Assembly: GCA_008632985.1 (NCBI GenBank)
Contig: QPGO01000150.1
Location: 124,001-184,329 of the forward strand
Source: Psammoneis japonica
Lineage: Eukaryota
Reading direction: 5' to 3'
DNA length: 60,329 nucleotides
Part shown: piece after piece, positions 26,071 to 36,560 of the stretch
Numbering within the stretch: the first letter of the stretch is position 1
How the letters are laid out: each line of letters starts with the position of its first letter
Notes under the pieces: model-generated
The model's database searches: none
The model's input: the letters and a program-made list of their open reading frames with translations, nothing else
What the model was told of the DNA's origin: nothing
Position numbers and translations under genes: made by a program

Positions 26071-26487
26071 CCAAGGGTCTTTGTTGGTGGGTGTCAGGCA
26101 TCACTTTAAAAACTGAAGTGGACAGCCACAGAGTCAGTCTCTTGCCCATGAACTGGCTGAAAATTGTGTGCCTCAGCTTGGCCAAAAACAGCGCCTTGAG
26201 TGCCGCCACCACGCCAACAAGCAACTGACAACTCAAGGAAACAGCTGTCGTTGGGAAAACCCTGCTCAGCCACTTCATCGGGGATGGCTGCACCTCACAA
26301 TCTAAGTGCATTTAGGTTTGCATTGACAGCAACAACACTTTCTATTAGGCTCAAAGTGTTGACACCGCATGCATCGTTGCATCGAGATTTGTTCGAACGA
26401 CACACGAAGGAATGAAGCAGTTTATGTCAGACGGTCAAGACGGGTCCTTTGTTTTATGTGATTCGAAAGACAGTCAAGACACTTCCT

Positions 26488-26690
26488 TTTAACGCCATGC
26501 AGGAATCCGAAGACTGTCAAGATATATTACTTAAGTCACAGAAATTCTTTGTTTCTCGTCGTTAAGTAATATATTTCACATGATCATTTTCAGCATTTAA
26601 CGCAATGCAGGAATCCGAAGACTGTCCAGATGACGTACTATTGAGTCAGAAACCCAATGTTTCTGGCGTTAAGTAATGGATTTCCACATT
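26488..26690 (+). repeat. Two imperfect ~108-bp direct repeats upstream of DUF2235
   Basis: tttaacgc.atgcaggaatccgaagactgtc.agat ... gtttct...cgttaagtaat occurs at about 26488 and 26596. Confidence 0.75.
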
Positions 26691-26882
26691 TAAGTGATTA
26701 TCATATAACTGAATGTTTGAATGAAAATTTCAAATGGCGTGAAATAATCGCACCATTGAAGTGAACTTGGTTCTTGCTCAGGAAGAAGCCTCTCACGAAG
26801 ATGATGTGAAGCCTATTCTCACTCTCCCTCGTCTCACAAAACCAACACAAACCAAGACATTTCTGCAGTTTGAATAACCAAA

Positions 26883-27974
26883 ATGACCAAGAACATTATC
26901 TTTTGCTTTGATGGCACCGACCAAGAACCCAGTAAGGCGGTGCAACCAAGCGATTATGATCCAGAAAATAAAAAGCTTAAGGATCCCGGTAACTTGACCA
27001 ACGTTGCCAAATTACATTTATTGTTTGGAGGCGACTTTAGAGGAAGCGACGTTAAAAGAACTACCTCAAACTCTCTCTACGGAATATCGGACCAGGTTAG
27101 TCTTTACTATTCTGGCGTTGGTACGTATGGGGGGCCCGTTCGTCAGGTGCCCAATCTGCTTCTAGCATTGACTGATGTGAAAAGCATCATCAACGAAGCT
27201 CTTGAGGATCTCCGCCGCCTCTACCATGAAAACGATAAAGTCTTTGTGGTCGGATTTAGTCGTGGTGCAGCGATCGCAAGGCTTTTCTGTGAAGTGGTGG
27301 ACGGCAAGGCTGACTTGTCTAACGTCGAAATCGAGATGTTGGTTTGTTTCGATACCGTAGCTAGTATTGGCATGCCAGATTTTAGCACCGAGAACCGTCC
27401 GGAAGCTAAAGTTCTGCGTGAAAACAATTACAAGATTGCAGACAACATCAAGCAAGCCGTTCACTGCGTCTCGATGGACGACAAGCGCCGTCACTTTCAG
27501 CCTACCTTGATGAACTACGAGGACAAAGTGACAGAAGTTTGGTTCGCCGGTAGTCACACTGACATTGGGGGAGGCTACTTCCACGACGGTCTGTCAGATG
27601 TCGTTCAACAATTTGTTTTGGACGAGCTCAAGAAACGCAAGGTGGGTCTTACCATTCTTCGTGACTACGAGGTTGATTTCGCAAAGATAAATCATGAAAC
27701 TCGCAAAGAAGGAGTTGTTGTTGAACCCGATGACATTAAAATTCGGCCGAATGAACTTGACACCTCCCATGAGCAACCAATGATGCTTTGGTGCTATCAT
27801 CGACGAGTCGTTGTCATTGAGGGCGACAAGATTGTTCATGACAAACTCCCAATCGTCCACCACTCCGTCGAGGATCGCATCAAGGGGCTATCTAACTATC
27901 GCCCTCAGAGCCTCCTTGGACAGCCTCATAAGGTGCTATACGCTGACGGGACAACTCGTACGTTCAACGTTTGA
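26883..27974 (+). CDS. DUF2235 / Tle1-like alpha/beta hydrolase
   Basis: Intronless 363 aa with KNIIFCFDGT, TNVAKLH, YYSGVGT, VGFSRGAAIAR, FDTVAS, HCVSMDDKR..F.PTL and EVWFAGSHTDIGGG. Confidence 0.92.
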   Translation: MTKNIIFCFDGTDQEPSKAVQPSDYDPENKKLKDPGNLTNVAKLHLLFGGDFRGSDVKRTTSNSLYGISDQVSLYYSGVGTYGGPVRQVPNLLLALTDVKSIINEALEDLRRLYHENDKVFVVGFSRGAAIARLFCEVVDGKADLSNVEIEMLVCFDTVASIGMPDFSTENRPEAKVLRENNYKIADNIKQAVHCVSMDDKRRHFQPTLMNYEDKVTEVWFAGSHTDIGGGYFHDGLSDVVQQFVLDELKKRKVGLTILRDYEVDFAKINHETRKEGVVVEPDDIKIRPNELDTSHEQPMMLWCYHRRVVVIEGDKIVHDKLPIVHHSVEDRIKGLSNYRPQSLLGQPHKVLYADGTTRTFNV

Positions 27975-27982
27975 ATGGACAC

Positions 27983-28393
27983 ATGAAGATTCTCGAACCG
28001 GGTTATTCAGAACGTGTTACTGTCTGGGCGAACAAACGTTACAACCATAGTCGCTTCTTGCTGCGACAAGGCGAACGATACCGCTTTACTCCGGACTTGA
28101 ACGGCAGATGGAACGATGGGCCTCATGTTTGTGATGCTAGGGGATGGGATCGCTGGCACTCTCTTCCCTTTCGCCCTTTGAAACATTTGGGAGGCGCCAA
28201 CTGGTTCTCTCTTGTTGGAGCTATTAAGGGGGGCGAAGAAGAACTCTTTGAGATTGGCGGCGGCCCCATTGAATACGAGGCGAAAAGCAGTGGTGAGTTT
28301 TGTCCGTTTGCCAACGATGCAAAGATGGACTATTACGACAATGGAGGTTACATTGATGTTGTGGTCACGTGCCTGCCGCGATCGCGTTTGTAG
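27983..28393 (+). CDS. Small beta-rich partner protein of the type accompanying or fused to bacterial DUF2235 proteins
   Basis: ATG lies 8 nt after the DUF2235 stop. Motifs V.ANKRYN, GERYRF, W.DG..C..GW, ANWFSLVGAI, FEIG and GEFCPFANDA..YYDNGG.I.V.V. Confidence 0.7.
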   Translation: MKILEPGYSERVTVWANKRYNHSRFLLRQGERYRFTPDLNGRWNDGPHVCDARGWDRWHSLPFRPLKHLGGANWFSLVGAIKGGEEELFEIGGGPIEYEAKSSGEFCPFANDAKMDYYDNGGYIDVVVTCLPRSRL

Positions 28394-29485
28394 AGAGACG
28401 AGGCTTGCTACTTTCACTCGTACTTGATGCATGGTTCATTTGACTCGTACTTGATGAATAGTTCATTTGATGCATATATTTTATTTGATGCATAGTAAAA
28501 TTACGTTTAAAACTTCCTCATTGTGCATCCAGGCTTTTTTGCTAAAGAGACTCGGATGTTTCGTGCGTGCTCGTCATGCGACAAGACGGACACGCATTGT
28601 GTGATGCAAATCTCGCACGGTGATAATGACCGCCCAGTTAGTTCTCTACCAGGCTAGCAGCGAGACTGCTGTGGCCAGCTCTCATAAAGATCACAGCCGC
28701 TACGTTGGCCATGCAATGTGTGTGAAAGATTCTGCCACAGCAAAAGATTTGACAGACCTGGATGTGCATCTTTTTCTCACAGGAGCCAGGAGTGGTGGTG
28801 TCCCAAACACCAAGAAATCACAACAACACAGCAGCAACATTGCTTTGGAAGTTGTGCGGTGGCATTGGTGGAGCCACAAATGAAGTTCAAGGGATGCCAA
28901 CCTGTGGGTTTCTTGTTCAAAGTGCAGGCATGCCACTGTTCTGACCACACGCTTGTGTTTTTGGTTGCTTTGTCACTGAGCTGTCATTGATGAAAGCTTT
29001 GGATGTGGTGCAGCCTGATGTTGGACCACTGCAATGCAGGTCGTTTTGCTTTTGGTGTGGTCATTCAGTTTCAGAAATGTGGTGTTGCTGATGGTCAGGA
29101 GAGAAAGATGACTTCATCAGAGTGCACGAAATGTTAAAAATGTGCAGATTTGCATGATGACAATTTGTCAAAACATTGCAAAATGTTGTTGTCATGTGAT
29201 GACAGGCCAACCTCTGGTCACAAGTTTGGTGCACCAATGTTGCAATGACTCACCAAGAATTGTGTGTGCTGTTTTTCACCACATCCACATCACCATTTCT
29301 GCCTCCACCTTGTTGCCATGTGCCAATGCACGATTGCATTGCCACACAAACCTTGGTTTGTTAATTTTCGCAAACATCATTTTAAACAAGAAAAACATGT
29401 CATTGGTCAAGTCAATTCCTTGTCACATCTGCAGTGCAATGACCAAGTGCCATGTCAACTGTGTGCACATTTTCTTGCCACAACT

Positions 29486-30742
29486 CTCTTAAACTGAGCC
29501 AACAATCATCATCGGACTCGTCTTCATTGGACTCGTCTTCATTGGATTCGTCTCCTCCGTCGTTCGTTTTTCCTTTTGCGCCTTCCTCCTGCTCATCATT
29601 GTTGCTGTCATCATCCCTGCTGCTCTCTACCATCAGGCTGTTCATTGCCTTCACCTTCTCCACATCACCGGTCGGTGCTGTCTTCTTCTTCTTTTTTGCT
29701 TCTCCGGACTTCTCGCACTCGTTTTTCTTGATCTCCGCGTGCCACTTTTCAAACTCCTTGCCCTCCTTGGAGTCTCTGTCTTTCATCACCTCTTTGCACA
29801 AATTGTTGAACCGAATGATTCCGTCATCTCCCCAAGACTCTTGTTGTTTCTTTGGCTTCGTGCACCAAGGGGCAGGCCTTGTTTCTTCGGGCTCCATTTC
29901 CTCACCCAATTCTTCCACCGCCTCCTCCTTGTTCCTGCATGCCCACACCTGCCAACAATTCTCCACAGCCAATGGCGCCAAAGCTTCGTCACCTGCCGCA
30001 AACAGCTGTGAGACCTGTGCATTCCCAGTTTTGATGGCGCAACTCCATGCCTGCTTTTGCTTGGTTTGAGGCAGGATGTGATCACAGAACCACTTGTGTG
30101 CCTGCTTGTTCCTTCGTTTGCCACCGGCGACAGTGTCCAGGCCAAACGGATCCCATGTCGGCACAAACGGGACATCATTCTCTTCATTCTTGTCACGGCT
30201 TGACTTTGTCCTGTTTTGCTTTTTCCTCCTGACTGCCGCCTTGAGTTTCTTTTCTTTTTCCTTTCCCTCTTCCTCAGCGACAATGCCCACATGGACAAAG
30301 CACCACCGCCATCTTCTTGTGAGACACACACAACTCTCGAATCACACACATTGGTCACTTGACTTACGGGCCATTGCCTCCACCCCAACAGCCAAACACA
30401 CCGTGTTTCTGCGATTGTCAACTTGCCTTTTTACCGCCTTTTTTGCCCATTCCTCCCAAGTTCCTGACCAATTTGAAGTGTCCATGTTGCCATCAGCAAT
30501 CTGTTTCTTGACAAACATTGAGTCCTCCCATTGCTTGCCAATTCTGATGGACTTAGAAACTTCACCTGTGGAAAGAGATCATTTCTAGCCACCTTCTCTG
30601 CTTCTGATTTCAGTGCACCATGTGCTGCCTGCGCACCTGTTCTCTTCAACACTGCCCGAAGTCTTGGGCTCATTGGCTCAATGGTCTCATTTTTCTTTTT
30701 CTTCTTTGCCGGTGGTGCTGGAGACGACATCTTGATCTTCAC
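29486..30742 (-). pseudogene. Decayed transposon-associated ORF (DEA..L..EN.W / WG..G..RFN.L..V..DR family)
   Basis: Segments VARNDLFPQVKFL, GDEALAPLAVENCWQVW and SWGDDGIIRFNNLCKEVMKDR, with an acidic tail; frame-broken. Family recalled from diatom repeat proteins, not verified. Confidence 0.5.
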
Positions 30743-31453
30743 ACGGCAACAATGAGAGCAGCGTCACTGTTCGACAGTGCAGCTGTTGTCTGGGTCGTGT
30801 TGAGACAGCCAGCCACTCCATTTTTCTCCATGACATTGCACGAATTGTTGTCAGTGACACTGAAATTTGAAAATGCATTCACACATGACAATGAACAGTC
30901 CAACTTGCTTTTTGATGTGGCTGTCATTGCGTTCCAACGGAGATGACATCCTTCATTTTGACAGCAAATGAAAAAGAACAATGTCCGCTGTAAATGCCAG
31001 ATGAAAAATCAAAATGCAGACATGCCACGCCTGCAAGAATCATCCAAATCTGGAAGACAATGCAATGTTTGCCATTTTCCCGCCATTTTTTGCGTGTTGT
31101 TCTTCTTTTCCCTTCTCATCCACAAGACAAGGACGTCGAGTGTGAGTCTTGATGAAGGCCCTGTCAACATTGACCAGAGAACTGTGAGGCAACGGCATCA
31201 GCATGCAGACTTGGTCAGTTGCTGGCAGCTTGATCACAAACAAAACAGCTGGCTTTCAACGCCTGAGAAGACTCAGCACTCACCCAAGTTGCGGGTTGTC
31301 CCTGTCGAAGCAATTGGGGACAATGTTTTGGTTTGTGAACAATGTCCAGGAGCAGCAGAAGTGCAAGAAAAGGCCCCATTTGTTTGGGCTGCACAGGACA
31401 GAAGGAAGTGTTGGTCAGATTTGTTTCTAAAATGGGATGCGCGTGTCAATCTG

Positions 31454-34400
31454 TCATTCACTCACAGTGATTGCCCAACTCTTTCTTGCAAACATGATGA
31501 ATTTGATCCTTTCAGAATCAGCAAAGTCATTGCGGCACACGTGAGGCAGTGCGGTGCGAGCACCTTCCATTGCTTTCATTCTGATGTCTTCTTCGGAAAT
31601 TCCAAGATGAGCTTCTTCCTGATCGGAAGGCTTTCCCAACCACCGTTCTCGTTGTTCTTGGGTTGTAAGGTTGCTTGCAAAGAATGTGCTCGCGCGAGTC
31701 TTTGCAGCATGCTTGTCCATTGTGCACATGTCGAACACAGCCGACAATTTCTTCCATTGTTTGACAACCTGGAAGAAGGTTGCAAGAGTGAAGGGAATCA
31801 CTGTGTCCCCCCCTTCTTCGTTTTTTGAGAGCAAGGCCCAAAGATCAATCAGATTTTGGAAAAATTGAGTCGTCCCAAAACAACTGTCGTGCCACTCTCC
31901 ATCTGGCATCCAGCAGCAGCCCAACATGATTTGGTCGAACCCATGATTGTCGAAATCAACAAGTTTCTCAAACTGCTGCTTGACTCTCTTGACGAAATCT
32001 CTTGCTTTCACACTGCAATTTAAGTGCAGATCAGGATGTCCGTCTTGGAGAGAAACTGTTGGAACAACATTTGTGATTGTTTTGTTGGATTCCACAAATG
32101 CCATTGCACTGGCCTCATCTTGCCTGTGTTGGTCGGATGATGCTGAGGCCACCCCCTTCTCAGAGCATGGTTCTTGAGAAGATGGTTGCCTTGCATTGAG
32201 CGGATGGGTCATCCCCAGCCACAGCACAATTTTGTGTTTCCCCGTTGGCTTCGTCACTTGCGAGACAATCTCCTGAGTCGCTGTGGTCCTCTTCACCCTC
32301 GGAGCAATGTGCAACTTGGTTGTGCTCATCGTCAATGGGCTCTTCGCTTTTGTCCTCTTCACCCATGCAAGCAGTTGGAAGTTCGCTTGTTTTCTCGTCA
32401 ATTGACTCCTCCTTGCAATCGTCACTTTTGTTCATTGCGAATGACAACAAATCACCGGCGGCCTTCTTCCTGTTAGAACGAGAAAATCAATGTGACAATG
32501 TCAGTGCAATCAGACAAAAAACAAATGTGATTGCCATGAAAAAGCAACCTCTCTTTGCCATTCCAGTTCGGCTTGAACTTCATCAGTCAACATGAGTGGG
32601 ACTGGCTCCCGTTCACACCTTCCAAACCGCTTGATCATTGATTGCCCATCAGAGAACAAGAGCAACAGATGCTGTCGACAACAAAAGACATCGCAGATTC
32701 CCATCTTTTCACGAGCTGCAATCAGGTCACACAGCAAAGACTCTGGGCCATTCTTTCCACAGTCTTCCAAATCAAAATCACCCTCTGTCCATTCCAAGAG
32801 TAAATCGTGCTCCTCCACCGGGACCTTCATTTCCTCCATTTGCTTCGCCACTCCCAACTTGGCCACCGGATGGACAAGATTACGAAGGTCAGGGTGAGGA
32901 TGGATCCCTGCCACACAGCATCAATGTCTGCATGGAGTTCATGCATCTGAACTCTCCACAATCAGCACCTGTGTGATCCCATGTTTGGACCACGGTTTCA
33001 AACATGTCCTCGATCGCCTTGTGGTCAAACGCTGGCTTGCCAACATTGTCATTGATCCAGTTGATGACAACAACCAGTCCGCCAACAAGCAAATCCATCA
33101 AACCGTCAAGTTTCATCCCGCACTCTGCCACATGAACCTCCTTGAAATCGAGTCCCGGGCTCTGCATGCGTTGGTCATTGCGATCCCCCGCAATGCTGCC
33201 GAATGGCCTTGCAGCTTCTCCGAAGCATTGAAGGACACGATCGCCAGCCGCGCTCCTCCACCGGGACCTTCATTTCCTCCATTTGCTTCGCCGCTCCCAA
33301 CTTGGCTGCCGGACAGACAAGATTGCGAACATCAGGGTGAGGATGGATCCCTGTGCCACACAGCATCAATGTCTGCACAGAGTTCATGCATCTGAACTCT
33401 CCACAATCAGCACCTGCATGATCCCATGTTTGGGCCACGGCTTCAAACACATCCTCGATCGCCTTGTGGTCAAACGCTGGCTTGCCAACATTGTCATTGA
33501 TCCAGTCGATGATGACAACCAGTCCGCCAACAAGCAAGTCCATCAAACCATTGAGTTTCGTCCCGCACTCTGCCACATGAACCTCCTCGAAATCAAGTCC
33601 CGGGCTCTGCATGCGTCGGTTGTTGCGATCCCCTGCAATGCTGCCGAACAGCCTTGTGGCTTCTCTGAAGCAATGAAGGACACAATCACCAGACACGAAA
33701 GGACGCTTCACAGCATCTGTGTTGCACAACAAGCAGCAAAAATGGGAGAATCCGGTTTGACACCCAGCCACAACGGCGCAATGAAAGCAATCACACACAC
33801 CAACCTCGTCGAGGTTGTCGATGATTGCCGAACAACTGCACGAGAAATTAAAGTCCTTCACGATGGCAAACGGAAGACGTTTCCTTGGCATGACAACAAC
33901 GGGATGCTCAGCTGTGTCAGACGGAAGATTTGGTTTGCCAATTTCCTCTTCCACCCACACAGAGTGAGGGTCAAGGAAAAAATCTTTGATGTTTCTGTGG
34001 GTTGGCTTGCCCAACGGAGGACGACAAGGGCCACGGCATCTCATCATTTCTGCAGCACATGACAGATCAAGTTTTGCGAAATGACCATGCACACGCGATC
34101 GGAACTCGGCACACCCATGCACCGAACTGACACAGTTTCCAGCATTGCCTTTGGATGCAGTGACAACCTTCAACAACCAAGAGTGACCAACAGCGTCTCG
34201 CAGTGATGAGCAAAGAGCACCAGTCTTGGTGCACCCATCCATGTCAAAATCCTCTTTGTCAATGTGCAGCTCGGTTTTCGAATTGACGGATTTTTTGCCG
34301 GATGACGAGACGCACTTCACTTGAATTTCCACGCCTTCCCTTCTGATGTGCTTGGCTCCAACCATCTTGTGGAGCTCAGCCGCGAAAAGACTGTCACGGC

Positions 34401-36560
34401 ACGGGTCATGGAAGGAGCGCATTTCTTTCAAAGCAACAAGATTGATTTGGTCCTCGCAGAGTTGCGTGGCGTCCAAGATTGAGGCTGTCATCACCTGCAC
34501 ATCCTTTGGAAGCTTCTCCCACTTGTCCCTGCCAAAGACAGAACCAGGCATGTGAGCAGGTCCCACTTCAGCTAACTTGCCATCTGTGACTTCGTAATTC
34601 TGGCCACAACAACCAAAACAGATCTGACAGCACAGCTTGCACTCTGGTCCATCCCTTTTTTTGTTCGGCTTGCCATGTTCCAACACTGCACGGAGTGTCG
34701 ACGACACACTGAATCGCAATCCAAAAAAGCATTTCTGACACATCTTGTCCGTGTGTCGCAAACAAGTGACCACGCCAGAAAAATGAGAGGTTGACTGGGT
34801 CGGGCAAGTGATCGCAACCATCGATTCTTGCGTTGGATCATTGGGAGCTGCGCCATTTTCAAATCCATGCACAAACTTGCGGAGGTGATTCACCAAGCAG
34901 AAATTGGAGATGCTGTGGAATGACTGGTGCTTGACACAGTTCCCCTTGAAGGAACTGGAAATGGGGGTTTCCTCAAAGACGACAAGGTGAGAATGTTGTG
35001 ACTTCACCTCGCCCGGAATCGCAAATGGAGATGGTTCAGGAAACACTTTCACAAGCTCTTCTTTTGTGAAATTGTCTGGCAGAGGAGGAGGTGACTGACA
35101 AGTTGCACCGAGGGTCAGCCACTTTGTTCGGGAACATTCAAATTGTTCCTCGAGAGTCGGCACATCTTGAAGAATCAGCGATTTGTTCTGAGAAACATCA
35201 GAAGGTTCGCCATCTTTGGTGTTTTTGAGACCATGGCTTGAGGAGCAAAGGGAGGCAGCTGAAGAGGTGGCAAGAAGAACAGAAGAATTGGAGACAAGAA
35301 GAGGAGGACAAACAATCAATCAAACAATGTGGTGGATTCACACCATTTGGATTTTTTTGTTTCCGAGCATTTTTCGTAACGGATGGAACTGCATTGCCGA
35401 TTTCTTTCTTCTTGTGCTGAGTGGCAAAGTCACGAAGCCTGGCTTTCCACATGGCCTCAAAATGATCCCTTGTGGCCTTGCTTTTGCCGGAATCATCAGC
35501 GGCAGAAACCACACGATCAATTTTCACACATCTTAAAAGAGTCTCATTGACATGTGTTGCGTGCATTTGTTCTTGCTCAACATCGAGCATCGCTGGTCAC
35601 GTGGGCTTTTCCCAAGAATTTTTGTGTTGGCGGAACAACGACTTTACCAATTCAGGGAAGGACACAGGGCATTCGTCTTTGGTTGTCTCACAGTGACCAA
35701 GAGCCAGGAAATTCTCCAAAAAGTTGATGCAAGTCAATGTCTCGTCACATTCGCCGAACAGGGAGTGCAGCCAACAATCGCAATCACCATTCCTTTCAGG
35801 TGTGCACGGCAGAATCTTGTCACGAAGAATCAAAAAACCAATGTGAAGGTGTTGTGCACAACGCAAAACCTTCCCTTCAAAACTTCTCAGCTCAGTGTGC
35901 TTGACAAGTGGCTCTCCCTTTGGGTTGCACAATCCGGGATCATGGAGAAGCTTGCACAACATGGTGATCTTTGCCATCATGTTGGTTGCAATGTCTGTTG
36001 ATTTTGCCTTGTTGCCGATGACTTTCATGTCCTCCACTTTGGGAGCACGGCGATGCTCCAACGCATGAGGATGTTTGGCGCCTTGACTGGAACAACTCCA
36101 TCTTTTTGCGGAAAGAAAGTGCAGCAAGCTCTTGTGCCCAAGTTCCTTTGCAACAACATGGTTCACAGCCATTGGCTCTGCAAAAAAATGAGGTCTGCCC
36201 TTCGACTTTTGCCACACATGGGCAAGCGCGATCCAATTTGGAGAGGGATCACAAGTGGAATCGCGGTGAAACTGAACCTTGGATTTCACCATCTTGATTG
36301 TCGCTTTGACACGGCTCCGCTCGTTGCCATCGATCACTCCAAAACCGTTGGCAAAGAGAGATTCAAACACGGCCTCCTCGAGGTGGGAATCGTTGTTGTC
36401 TTGCGACAGAGAGGTGACCGACAGGTCACGCGGCGCCATGGTTGCTGTTCCAACACCAAAAAATCTGGTTTCTGTGGAAATGCACCAGAGTGGTGTGTGG
36501 GAGAAGTTGCACACGCGCCTGGCACGATTTGGAGTTTCAAACACAAAAACCCACCAGACG
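31454..36560 (-). pseudogene. Large decayed ORF(s) of unknown function inside the TIR element
   Basis: Long same-strand frames (323, 134, 714, 130 and 361 aa) with protein-like composition but almost no Tyr. Confidence 0.5.
32806..33692. repeat. Tandem duplication of a ~443-bp unit
   Basis: Units of about 32806-33247 and 33249-33692 both begin cg.gctcctccaccgggaccttcatttcctccatttgcttcgcc and end gaaggacac.atc.ccag. Confidence 0.9.

Larger units (their letters stand above)
23365..26300. other. TpA-depleted hypermutated domain C
   Basis: TA is nearly absent between the last cluster at about 23360 and its return at about 26303. Contains a decayed unknown + strand ORF (about 23.8-24.6 kb) and a decayed DUF2235 5' copy. 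Confidence 0.85.
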
